64,000 nt of DNA from a virus: positions 1 to 64,000 of the IMG/VR virus record IMGVR_UViG_3300010885_020782. The stretch is one strand, 5' to 3'. How positions within the stretch are numbered: the stretch's first letter is position 1; every line of letters begins with the position of its first letter. A program made the position numbers and the translations under genes. Of this stretch, positions 32,597 to 40,801 are shown one piece after another. Below the pieces are notes generated by a model. That model saw nothing but the letters and a program-made list of their open reading frames with translations. It was not told the origin of the DNA and ran no database searches.

Positions 32597-33522
32597 TCGC
32601 TTCCTTTTGTTTCGTTTGTTCCGTAATATGCATAAGGGTCTGTCTCCTCATACATTTCGCTAAGTGCTTGTTCAGCGGCGCTTCCGTCGTCAAACATTGG
32701 GCATATAGCGAAAAATTGGCACTTCCATTTGCAGTCACGACTTGCTTTTGGATAAGCAAGAAATGCGTGGTCTTCACCAGCATCTAGTCCTGTGCGAACT
32801 CTCATTAAATCTGCAATCGTTCCGTGGATTCTATTCCAGAAAGAACGCATAGTAAAGATGTTGTGTCTAATTTCTACTTGGTCATAGAACGGCGGCTTAG
32901 CAGCAGCAGTGCGACGAACCTTTTTTAGTAATGTAAAAATTCCGCCATCGCTGCGCTCTTTTTCATCAACCTTAGTTGATTCAAGAAGCATATAAGTCAT
33001 AACTTGCTCATTCATATGAGCCATATTAGAAAACTCTGCAAGAGAGCCTCCAACAGTCTTAAAGTCACGGAACATACGCACACCATCAGCCTTACGACGA
33101 ACACGCATATCTAACTTACCTTGAAGTTCTACTTCACCATTAAATAGTGGAGCAACAATTGTTTCTTCTGTTGAAATCATTTCCAGTTCTGCATCAATGC
33201 CTTCTTCTTCAACCCATTGTTCGTAGCCTTCCAGCATAATGCGACCAAGTTCGGCTTCAGTTTCTAGGTTTGCTACATCACGAAAATCTGCAAGAAGAAG
33301 TTGTTTGTCAGTCTCAACTAGGTCCGAGTGTGCCTTGAGTAGCGGAATACCTTTTGCATAGTGGTCATCAAGTGCTTGGTGGATACGACTACCAAGTGCC
33401 AGTGCGCCAGTCATATCTTGTTGCTTAGGCTTTAGACGGCGATAGTAAGTAAGCCACCAGCGACGGCGACAATCTTTAAATGTTTGTAGTTCTGAGTTTG
33501 AAAGTCTTACGATTCCACTCAT
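32593..33522 (-). CDS. PD-(D/E)XK Cas4/RecB-like exonuclease with four Cys (Fe-S)
   Basis: LSNSELQTFKDCRRRW, LQGKLDM, DFKT, CKWKCQFFAIC. Confidence 0.85.
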   Translation of the reverse strand: MSGIVRLSNSELQTFKDCRRRWWLTYYRRLKPKQQDMTGALALGSRIHQALDDHYAKGIPLLKAHSDLVETDKQLLLADFRDVANLETEAELGRIMLEGYEQWVEEEGIDAELEMISTEETIVAPLFNGEVELQGKLDMRVRRKADGVRMFRDFKTVGGSLAEFSNMAHMNEQVMTYMLLESTKVDEKERSDGGIFTLLKKVRRTAAAKPPFYDQVEIRHNIFTMRSFWNRIHGTIADLMRVRTGLDAGEDHAFLAYPKASRDCKWKCQFFAICPMFDDGSAAEQALSEMYEETDPYAYYGTNETKGSE

Positions 33523-35339
33523 AGTTTCCCTGCCTTATCGTCTTGTAGAAGTTTGAGCAGTTGGTTTTTATCTCTAACAATTTGCTCAAAGTTGTCGGCT
33601 TTAGTTTCAAGAACTTGAATAACTCGCTCCTCGATAGTTCCGTCTGTAACGTAGTCAGTAATAACAATTGAGTCGTGTATCTCACTACCAATACGATGGA
33701 CTCTATCAAGAACTTGTTTGTAATCAACAAGAGACCAAGGTCGTTGAAGCATAATCAATCTACGAGCAGCAGTCAAGGTAATACCAACGCCACCTGCCTG
33801 TGCCGTAAAAAGAATCCATTTAATCTTTCCTGCTTGGAAGTCATCAACTGCTTGCTGACGCTCATCTTCATCTTGGTCACCAGTAATTAGTCCGTGAGCA
33901 ATTTTCTTCTTTGTAAGTTCTGCACTAAGAAGATTAATAAGTTGCTTAGATACAGCCGAAACAGCAACAGAATCGTCTCCAAAGTCTCCATTGTCAATGT
34001 CATCCATAAGAGCATCAATCTTGCAAGAAGGAGCATTTAGGATAGTTTTCTGCTCTCCAGTAGTCTCATCAACTTCTAAAGTAGCGTATGAACTAGCAAA
34101 CTGCAACAATCTAATTGTTTGTGTGAGAACGCTAGGTGCAGTAACAACATCGCCATCATCACCAAGTTCAGCAATCATTAAGTCACGCATCTGCTCATAT
34201 GCCTTCTTTTGTTTTGTAGACATCTCAACATCTCTGCGTTCAGTAAGAACTGGTGGCAGATGTGGAAGCACAACTTTTTTTAACATACGACGCATATAAG
34301 GATTGACGCTCTTATAGAACTCATCCTGCATATGTGCTTTAACTCCAAGAACCATCATTCCGCCAAAGGCGTTGAGCATCGTGTCAACCATACGGTCAAT
34401 CCACTTTGTTTTTGAAGGCCAGTCTTTAGGAGATAGCCAGTGAAGAATTGCCCACAAGTCAACAACATTGTTAGCAATAGGTGTTCCAGTAAGTGCAAAA
34501 CGAATATCTGCATCTCCTGTAGCAGCCCAAAGAGCACGGCTCTGCTTTGACTTAGGGTCTTTAGAGCGGTGAATCTCATCAGCAATTACAGCCTTGAAAT
34601 CAATCGCATTAAGTTCTCGTAGGTGAACTTCACAACGAGCCTCGGTTGTCTTTTCATCTTGACCGCCACAAGCCTTGCAACGAGTTAAAGCAATAGAGCC
34701 ATAGCCTGATAGTCGTGAATGTGAGCGAAGCGATTCCCAGTTAATAATAAATATTTGTGCTGGTTCTTCAAATTGGTTTTTGCGTTGAACCGCTGACCCT
34801 TTGATAACTTGTGTTATTACCCCTGGCCACCAGATATTAAACTCACGAGCCCAGTTCTTCTTGAGGGTATTAGGGCAGACAATCAAAATAGGAAAAACAT
34901 CTTCACCCTTATCGTGCAACTCTTTAAGAGCACGAATGGCTTGAGCGGTCTTTCCAAGCCCTGGTTCATCGGCTAAGAGTGCTCGTCTGGCTGTGCTGAG
35001 AAAGGCTACTCCAGCCCTTTGGTGAGGGAATAGAACAGGGTCACCTTCATACGACTCTAACTCTCTAAGGGCGTTAGAAGGGTTTATACGGGTTTCTAGA
35101 AGGCTTCCAGCCCAAGTTGCTAAAGATGGCTGAATCTCTAAATCATTGCGAAATGTAGAGCGTAAAGCGAGACAGGTAGTCCAACTTAAAGGAGCACGCC
35201 AAATCTGTTCTTTAGGGCTCCAAGAGGCCCCTGGGAGGCTCTTACAGAGTTCTTTATAACGCCAGTCAGCGTTTATGACGATATGTTCTCCAGCGGAGTC
35301 AATATCTACTGAAACTGTCATTTTTACTCCTAATGTCAT
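33519..35339 (-). CDS. SNF2-family (SF2) helicase; likely start 35321
   Basis: LADEPGLGKT, VIADEIHR, LTGTP, GGVGITLT, QVLDRVHRIG; AGGAG RBS before 35321. Confidence 0.93.
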   Translation of the reverse strand: MTLGVKMTVSVDIDSAGEHIVINADWRYKELCKSLPGASWSPKEQIWRAPLSWTTCLALRSTFRNDLEIQPSLATWAGSLLETRINPSNALRELESYEGDPVLFPHQRAGVAFLSTARRALLADEPGLGKTAQAIRALKELHDKGEDVFPILIVCPNTLKKNWAREFNIWWPGVITQVIKGSAVQRKNQFEEPAQIFIINWESLRSHSRLSGYGSIALTRCKACGGQDEKTTEARCEVHLRELNAIDFKAVIADEIHRSKDPKSKQSRALWAATGDADIRFALTGTPIANNVVDLWAILHWLSPKDWPSKTKWIDRMVDTMLNAFGGMMVLGVKAHMQDEFYKSVNPYMRRMLKKVVLPHLPPVLTERRDVEMSTKQKKAYEQMRDLMIAELGDDGDVVTAPSVLTQTIRLLQFASSYATLEVDETTGEQKTILNAPSCKIDALMDDIDNGDFGDDSVAVSAVSKQLINLLSAELTKKKIAHGLITGDQDEDERQQAVDDFQAGKIKWILFTAQAGGVGITLTAARRLIMLQRPWSLVDYKQVLDRVHRIGSEIHDSIVITDYVTDGTIEERVIQVLETKADNFEQIVRDKNQLLKLLQDDKAGKL

Positions 35340-35341
35340 TA

Positions 35342-35391
35342 AGTATATATACTAGCAGAAATATTTAAGTTTTTTGTTTTTTCTTGCTAGT
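35342..35391. promoter_or_regulatory. Palindrome and inverted repeat overlapping a TATACT -10 upstream of the helicase gene
   Basis: agtatatatact (35342-35353) is a perfect palindrome; actagcagaaa (35351-35361) and tttcttgctagt (35380-35391) form an IR with one bulge. Confidence 0.4.
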
Positions 35392-35394
35392 AAC

Positions 35395-35877
35395 CTACTC
35401 TAGCAGAACTCTTGGCTTCCAACCTAACTTAGTCAGTTTTAAAAGGGCGTGTCGGATGGCATCTAGAGCATGACCTTCTCCGCCCCTATGCCAAGTTCCT
35501 ACCTTACGAAGTGCTTCGTTTGGGAAAAGTGCTTTGGCATCGGCAGGAGTCTGAAAACTAATGTCTTCTGGAACATATCCGTTAATGCGACATAGGTGTT
35601 TAAGAACCCCTATCTGCTCTAGTGAGTAGGGCGCTTGAGAGTTACGAACAGTTTGGGCATTGATAGTAAATCGCTCGCAAGAGATAGCAAACTTTTCATA
35701 TTGTCTCCAAGCAGTAAGACAAGTTGTTACGTTGTCAGCAAACTGTTCTGGCTGAGCCTCAAAAGAAAGTTCTAACTTTGGCAAATCTTCTTGATTACCA
35801 GACCAAGAGATAAGAGCAACACCACTGGCTTTTCCAGGGTCTACAGCAAGAACAGTTATCAATATTTGTCGCCCCAA
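35395..35877 (-). CDS. RNase H-fold RuvC-like nuclease/resolvase; start possibly TTG 35862 overlapping the polA stop
   Basis: VLAVDPGKASGVA, ISCERF, HALDAIRHA. Confidence 0.65.
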   Translation of the reverse strand: MGRQILITVLAVDPGKASGVALISWSGNQEDLPKLELSFEAQPEQFADNVTTCLTAWRQYEKFAISCERFTINAQTVRNSQAPYSLEQIGVLKHLCRINGYVPEDISFQTPADAKALFPNEALRKVGTWHRGGEGHALDAIRHALLKLTKLGWKPRVLLE

Positions 35878-37679
35878 GTCTCTAGTGGCCCATCAATTCC
35901 CGCAGTAAGTGGAACATCCCAGCCGTCAGTCGTTGTCATACATTCTTGCACGATGCGTTTAATTTCTTCTGCTTGGTCACGAGGTGCTTGTAGAACAATT
36001 TCATCGTGAACAGGAACAATAAGATTTTCAGTAAGGTCTGCTTGGTCTAACTTAATCAGGTTACTCTTAAAAACTTCTGCTGCTCCACCCTGAATTAAGT
36101 AGTTAATAAGTGTGTAGACACGGTTCTCGTCGCAAGGAATCTTACGACCAGTCCATGTGTGAATGTAGCCTTGACCCTCATCGCGTTCACGACGAGCACC
36201 AATGTTTTCAATTTCTTTCTGGAACTTAATCATTCCTGGATATCGCTGGTCAAAAGCATCAGATACAGCCTTCATCTGAGACTCTGCAACGCCAGCAGTA
36301 AGTGCTTGCTTGGCAACACCAGCCCCGTAAAGACGACCATAGACCATTCCCTTGATAAGAGTTCTGCGCTTATCAGAGCGAGTCATATCAGGTTCTTGGT
36401 AAACCTCACGACCAATTTCAGTAAACGGGTCAGAGCCAGTTGCATCAGCACGGTTGAATAGCGTGATGAGATTCGGGTCCTTAGATAGAGATGCAAACAT
36501 ACGAAACTCAACTTGGTCTAAGTCCGAGGTGATAATGACGTGGTCTTTATCTTTAGGGATAAATGCACGACGCACTGTGTCATCACCCTTTGGCAAAGTT
36601 TGTAGCGCAGGGTCGGTAATAGACATACGAGAAGTTCTAGCACCAAGAGTCTTCACTGACGGGTGAAGGATGCCGTCAACATTTTTGTTGAGGAAGTTGA
36701 GGAAGTATGTGTTAGCCAACTTATCTGCTTTACGTTGCTTTAGAACAGTCTCAGCAAGGTTTTTAACTTCTTCATTGCCAGTAATTGTGAGCATTTTAAG
36801 TTGGTCTTTAGATGCAGACTTTTGACCAGATGGAGTTGTCTCGGTAATTTCTGCACCAAGATTTTCTAATAAACGAACTAGTTGAAGATTGCTAGTAATG
36901 CTTGTTCCGTTATAGGTCTTTGCAGCCCACTCTTTAACCTGCTCTGTGTAGGTAAGAAGTTCTTCATACTTCTTTTTTGAGTATTCAAGGTCAACACGAG
37001 CGCCATTGATTTCCATACGAGTAACAATTTTTCTAGCAGCCATTTCAATCTCATACGCCTTGTGATAAGACTTACCAGGACCACACTTCTCGTAAAACTT
37101 TTCCCAGAGGCGCATTGTAAGAATTGTGTCGAGTGCGCCATAAGACCAGTAAGGTTCAAAGTTAGTTGGAACAGTTCCCCAAGTCCAACCATTTTTAGTT
37201 AAGTCAATATCAAGTTTGTCTTGTAGATACGCTGCTTGTGGGTCAATCAAAAGTGCAGAAAGGGGCTTCAAGCCACCAGGTCCTAGCGGGTCAATGAGGT
37301 GCGCCATAATCATTGTGTCATGTGCACGTTGCCAAGGCATTTCCCAACGGGACTTAACTGCAAACCATCGTGCTTCAAATGCAATGTTATGGCAAACAAG
37401 TGGTCCATCAAATTTATTCATTGCTTCATAAAAAACACCGCTCCACTCTTCCCAAGGAATAGACCAGCCGTGCATACCATCACCAACTTGAACAAGACGT
37501 AAATCGCCATGCCAAGGAGATAAAGCGTGGTCACGAGGCATTCCAGGACGTTCGCCAGTTTCTGTATCTATAGCAATTGCATTGTGTGGGCGACGCTCGC
37601 TAAGCCAAGAAATAAATTGATTGGCTTTTTCTACAGAGTCAACAAGAGTTACTTCAATACCTGAAAGACCTTCATTCAT
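35859..37679 (-). CDS. polA: Family A DNA polymerase with 3'-5' exonuclease (no 5'-3' exo)
   Basis: IAIDTETG, CHNIAFE, YGALD; motif A DLDQVEFR, motif B KGMVYGRLYG, motif C VHDEIV. Confidence 0.95.
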   Translation of the reverse strand: MNEGLSGIEVTLVDSVEKANQFISWLSERRPHNAIAIDTETGERPGMPRDHALSPWHGDLRLVQVGDGMHGWSIPWEEWSGVFYEAMNKFDGPLVCHNIAFEARWFAVKSRWEMPWQRAHDTMIMAHLIDPLGPGGLKPLSALLIDPQAAYLQDKLDIDLTKNGWTWGTVPTNFEPYWSYGALDTILTMRLWEKFYEKCGPGKSYHKAYEIEMAARKIVTRMEINGARVDLEYSKKKYEELLTYTEQVKEWAAKTYNGTSITSNLQLVRLLENLGAEITETTPSGQKSASKDQLKMLTITGNEEVKNLAETVLKQRKADKLANTYFLNFLNKNVDGILHPSVKTLGARTSRMSITDPALQTLPKGDDTVRRAFIPKDKDHVIITSDLDQVEFRMFASLSKDPNLITLFNRADATGSDPFTEIGREVYQEPDMTRSDKRRTLIKGMVYGRLYGAGVAKQALTAGVAESQMKAVSDAFDQRYPGMIKFQKEIENIGARRERDEGQGYIHTWTGRKIPCDENRVYTLINYLIQGGAAEVFKSNLIKLDQADLTENLIVPVHDEIVLQAPRDQAEEIKRIVQECMTTTDGWDVPLTAGIDGPLETWGDKY

Positions 37680-38505
37680 CTACAGGCTCCTCTTTATTTT
37701 TTTCTAATGTGGCAGTGTCCAAGGCTAGAGGACCACCATTAAATCTATAGTATCCAGTATGAATTAGGGATACGGTAGGGTCTATCCATGTAAATTCTCC
37801 TAGGTGCAACCATCTTCTAGTAAAGAAGTAGTCCTCGCTTAAATACTCCCTAGTTTGTTCTTCAATAGCAGTATCAAAAAATAAATGAACTTTTTTATCT
37901 TTATACAAAAACCAATCGTTATCATAATATTTTTGCATTTTTTCAAAAACTTCTCTTTTAATAAGAACAAAGCCAGTGCCAAGTCCAGTCACTTCTAAAA
38001 GCCCATTGTCTAATTCAATTTTTCCTCCAAGTGTGACTGATTTTTCAACACTATACTGAGGAATATTTACAACATAACTAGAAGAAGAATACATAAGCCC
38101 TTCAACAGAGTCTATTGAATCTTTATTCTTTAAAATAGTCTCCCAATTAATTTGCTTAATTGGATATGCTCCACCGACAATTTCTTTTTTTCTAAGAATA
38201 AGTTTAATAATATCTATAGGCTCAAAAGATATGTCAGCATCAATAAACATTAAATGAGTGCCATCAGTTTCTTTTAAAAAATGGTCAGCAAGTAAGTTTC
38301 TGGCCCTTGTTATTAAACTTTCATTAGAAAGTTGTTGAATACTAACTTGTAACCTAAGAGATGCTGCTAAATTTATAAATTTAAATATTGACATTGCATA
38401 GTCAGAACCGCACATTCCGCCATAACAAGGAGTTGCTATATGTAATTTTACCTTTTGTAGGTAATCTAAATCTTCTTGTGTAATTTCAAAAGTGTCGTTT
38501 GTCAT
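37672..38505 (-). CDS. GT-A-fold glycosyltransferase-like protein, AT-rich
   Basis: LHIATPCYGG, ESLITRARN, LMFIDAD (DxD), GTGFVLIKR, SEDYFF, HTG. Confidence 0.8.
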   Translation of the reverse strand: MTNDTFEITQEDLDYLQKVKLHIATPCYGGMCGSDYAMSIFKFINLAASLRLQVSIQQLSNESLITRARNLLADHFLKETDGTHLMFIDADISFEPIDIIKLILRKKEIVGGAYPIKQINWETILKNKDSIDSVEGLMYSSSSYVVNIPQYSVEKSVTLGGKIELDNGLLEVTGLGTGFVLIKREVFEKMQKYYDNDWFLYKDKKVHLFFDTAIEEQTREYLSEDYFFTRRWLHLGEFTWIDPTVSLIHTGYYRFNGGPLALDTATLEKNKEEPVDE

Positions 38506-38525
38506 TTATTTTCCTTCTATTGGTT

Positions 38526-38996
38526 TTACGGAATCATTTCAATGCGGTAAAGCGAGTCTATCCTCTCATCAAGGGTTGCTGCACGCTCTAGTAGCCTCTG
38601 AGCAACGTTAGTAAGGTATCTTGCACCACCTTGGTCATATTTGTAAAGAGCGTCTAGAACAGGACGAGGGTCTTCACTTACCTGAGCCCAGTGACGATAC
38701 TTTTCAGGAAAAACAATTGGAAGAGTTCTAATAGGATTACATTCTTCGCAAGGAAGAGCGTCCTTAGATAAAACATCTGAAGTTTCTTCAGTTAGTGCAT
38801 ATCTTTTTACCAACGGACAAGCAGCACCATGAAAAACTAAAGATACACCAATACGAGAAAGAATGTAAGAACCGTTCTCTGTTCTGTAAAGTTCAAACTC
38901 AATCCATCGAGTAGAGCCGCGACGCCAAGAAGAAGACTCACCTAGTAAGCGACCTTTAAATTGAAGGGTTCTAGAGCCGTCTTTAACTTCAAACAT
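38526..38996 (-). CDS. Hypothetical protein
   Basis: Full ORF with AGGAG RBS; RWIEFELYRT, CxxC. Confidence 0.7.
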   Translation of the reverse strand: MFEVKDGSRTLQFKGRLLGESSSWRRGSTRWIEFELYRTENGSYILSRIGVSLVFHGAACPLVKRYALTEETSDVLSKDALPCEECNPIRTLPIVFPEKYRHWAQVSEDPRPVLDALYKYDQGGARYLTNVAQRLLERAATLDERIDSLYRIEMIP

Positions 38997-39020
38997 TACG
39001 AACTCCTTCTGTCATTACTG

Positions 39021-40793
39021 TCATTTGTTTTCTAATGCTTCTAGTCTAGCGGATAATTCTTGCACTGCCTTAACTAAGGGAGCAATAAATTCGTCATATG
39101 CCAAGGCTTGCTGTGAGTCAGGGTCATTAATATCTCCAATAGACCAGCCAGCAAAATCCATATCAGGAGTGTTACTTAGTTCATCTAGAACTTCTTTGAC
39201 TTCCTGAGCAATAAATCCGTAGTGTCTTCTTCTTCCAGGAATTTCTATGACTGAATCTGGATTAATATTCCCTTCTTCGTCTTTTTCTATATTTGATAGG
39301 TCAACCCTACCTTTATTGATAAGGAAAGATACAGGTCTAATTTTTTTAATAAAATTTAATCCTAAAGTTGCATTTTGTATGTCATTTTTTGTTCTAACAT
39401 CTGATGTTGTCAAAAAAGAACCTGCTCTAGCAACGCCCCAACGATAACTAGAACTACCTAAATCATATGCTGTATCAAATGCTGTAGGGTTTCCACTTGT
39501 ATTTAAAAACCCTGGAGCAATGTTTCCTTGAGAATACATTTGGTTAGAAGAGCCTTGAATTCCATACCCATTTGTTTGGAAACCTCTCAGGGCTGAAATT
39601 GTTCTATCCGTAATAATTGCGTACGGGCTAAATCCGCTACTTGGATATAAAATAGTTGAAGAGCCAACGTTCGAGATAGTTCCTCCAGAAGAAAATCTCC
39701 AACCATCGGTTGCAGAGCCAACATATCCACTAGTGGCATTGATAGTTCCAGTAATTGTTGCGCTCGACGCAGTCAATGCACCAGCAGCCGTAACCTTGAA
39801 AGTTCCATTGCCATTATCAATAGCACGGCTGGTAATTGTTCCAGCACTTATATTGTCCGCATTTAAGTTTGAAACTGTAATTACAGCAGCATTGATTGTT
39901 CCAGCATTAATTTTGCTAGCGCTAAGACTCCCAATCTGAGTATTGGTGATAGTTCCATCAACCAGACTCCCGCCAGAGATGACGTTAGTTCCAGAAAAAG
40001 ATGATGCAGTTACAGCGCCAGTAAAAGATGCTGACCCATCGCTAGAAATATTTACTGTTGTTGTTCCAGAAGCATTAATTGCTCTAATACCACTAGTATC
40101 AAAAATAACTCTACTGTTAGGACCAGCACTTGTTCTAATAGTTGAACCAGTAATTGTTTTGGCATCTAGTGCTGTAGAAGCAATCATTGTTGCCGTGATA
40201 GTTCCAGCATTAATACGAGCGGCATCAAGAAAACCAGTAGTAATTTTTCCTGCATCTAAGTTTGCAACTACAGCATTTCCTATAGTATTTGCTTGCCAAG
40301 ATGTGCCACCCAAGCCAGTCCACTGACCACTAATAATGTTTCCACTGGTGTATTGCCACCATATATCTCCAGCAGTATTTGCTGTTGTTCCAGGTGCAGC
40401 CAGAGAGTATGTAATTTTATTCTTGCCGTTTGCTGTTGTAATAGCAGTATTTGCAGCAGCAAAGGCTGTTACAGAAAGGTCAAAAGCAGCGGGGTCACCA
40501 ACATCAATAAATGCTCCGTTGTTGTCGTCATAGACTGATACTGAGCCGTCATTTGGGTTAACAACTAATTGACCGTCTTTAGGGTCTGTAATGTCTCCAG
40601 GAGAACCAACAACTACTGTTCCAAAGTTAACTTGTTCAGGAGTGATAACTTCAGCACCGATTGCTTCAGTTGTAACAGACTTTGCTCCAAGTCTGCTTCG
40701 AGCAGGACGACGTTCTAGATAACGTATTCTGCGTTGAACATCAGAAAGGTTGTTACCTAGATTTTTATTGGCACTGCGGCGTCTACTTGGCAT
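39021..40793 (-). CDS. Tail fibre/spike with C-terminal intramolecular chaperone (Peptidase S74-like); true start probably MPSRR at 40793
   Basis: ANLDAGKITTG repeats; TSDVRTKNDI...HYGFIAQEV...LVKAVQELSARLEALE; AGGAG RBS precedes 40793. Confidence 0.88.
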   Translation of the reverse strand: MPSRRRSANKNLGNNLSDVQRRIRYLERRPARSRLGAKSVTTEAIGAEVITPEQVNFGTVVVGSPGDITDPKDGQLVVNPNDGSVSVYDDNNGAFIDVGDPAAFDLSVTAFAAANTAITTANGKNKITYSLAAPGTTANTAGDIWWQYTSGNIISGQWTGLGGTSWQANTIGNAVVANLDAGKITTGFLDAARINAGTITATMIASTALDAKTITGSTIRTSAGPNSRVIFDTSGIRAINASGTTTVNISSDGSASFTGAVTASSFSGTNVISGGSLVDGTITNTQIGSLSASKINAGTINAAVITVSNLNADNISAGTITSRAIDNGNGTFKVTAAGALTASSATITGTINATSGYVGSATDGWRFSSGGTISNVGSSTILYPSSGFSPYAIITDRTISALRGFQTNGYGIQGSSNQMYSQGNIAPGFLNTSGNPTAFDTAYDLGSSSYRWGVARAGSFLTTSDVRTKNDIQNATLGLNFIKKIRPVSFLINKGRVDLSNIEKDEEGNINPDSVIEIPGRRRHYGFIAQEVKEVLDELSNTPDMDFAGWSIGDINDPDSQQALAYDEFIAPLVKAVQELSARLEALENK

Positions 40794-40801
40794 TATTTCT
40801 C

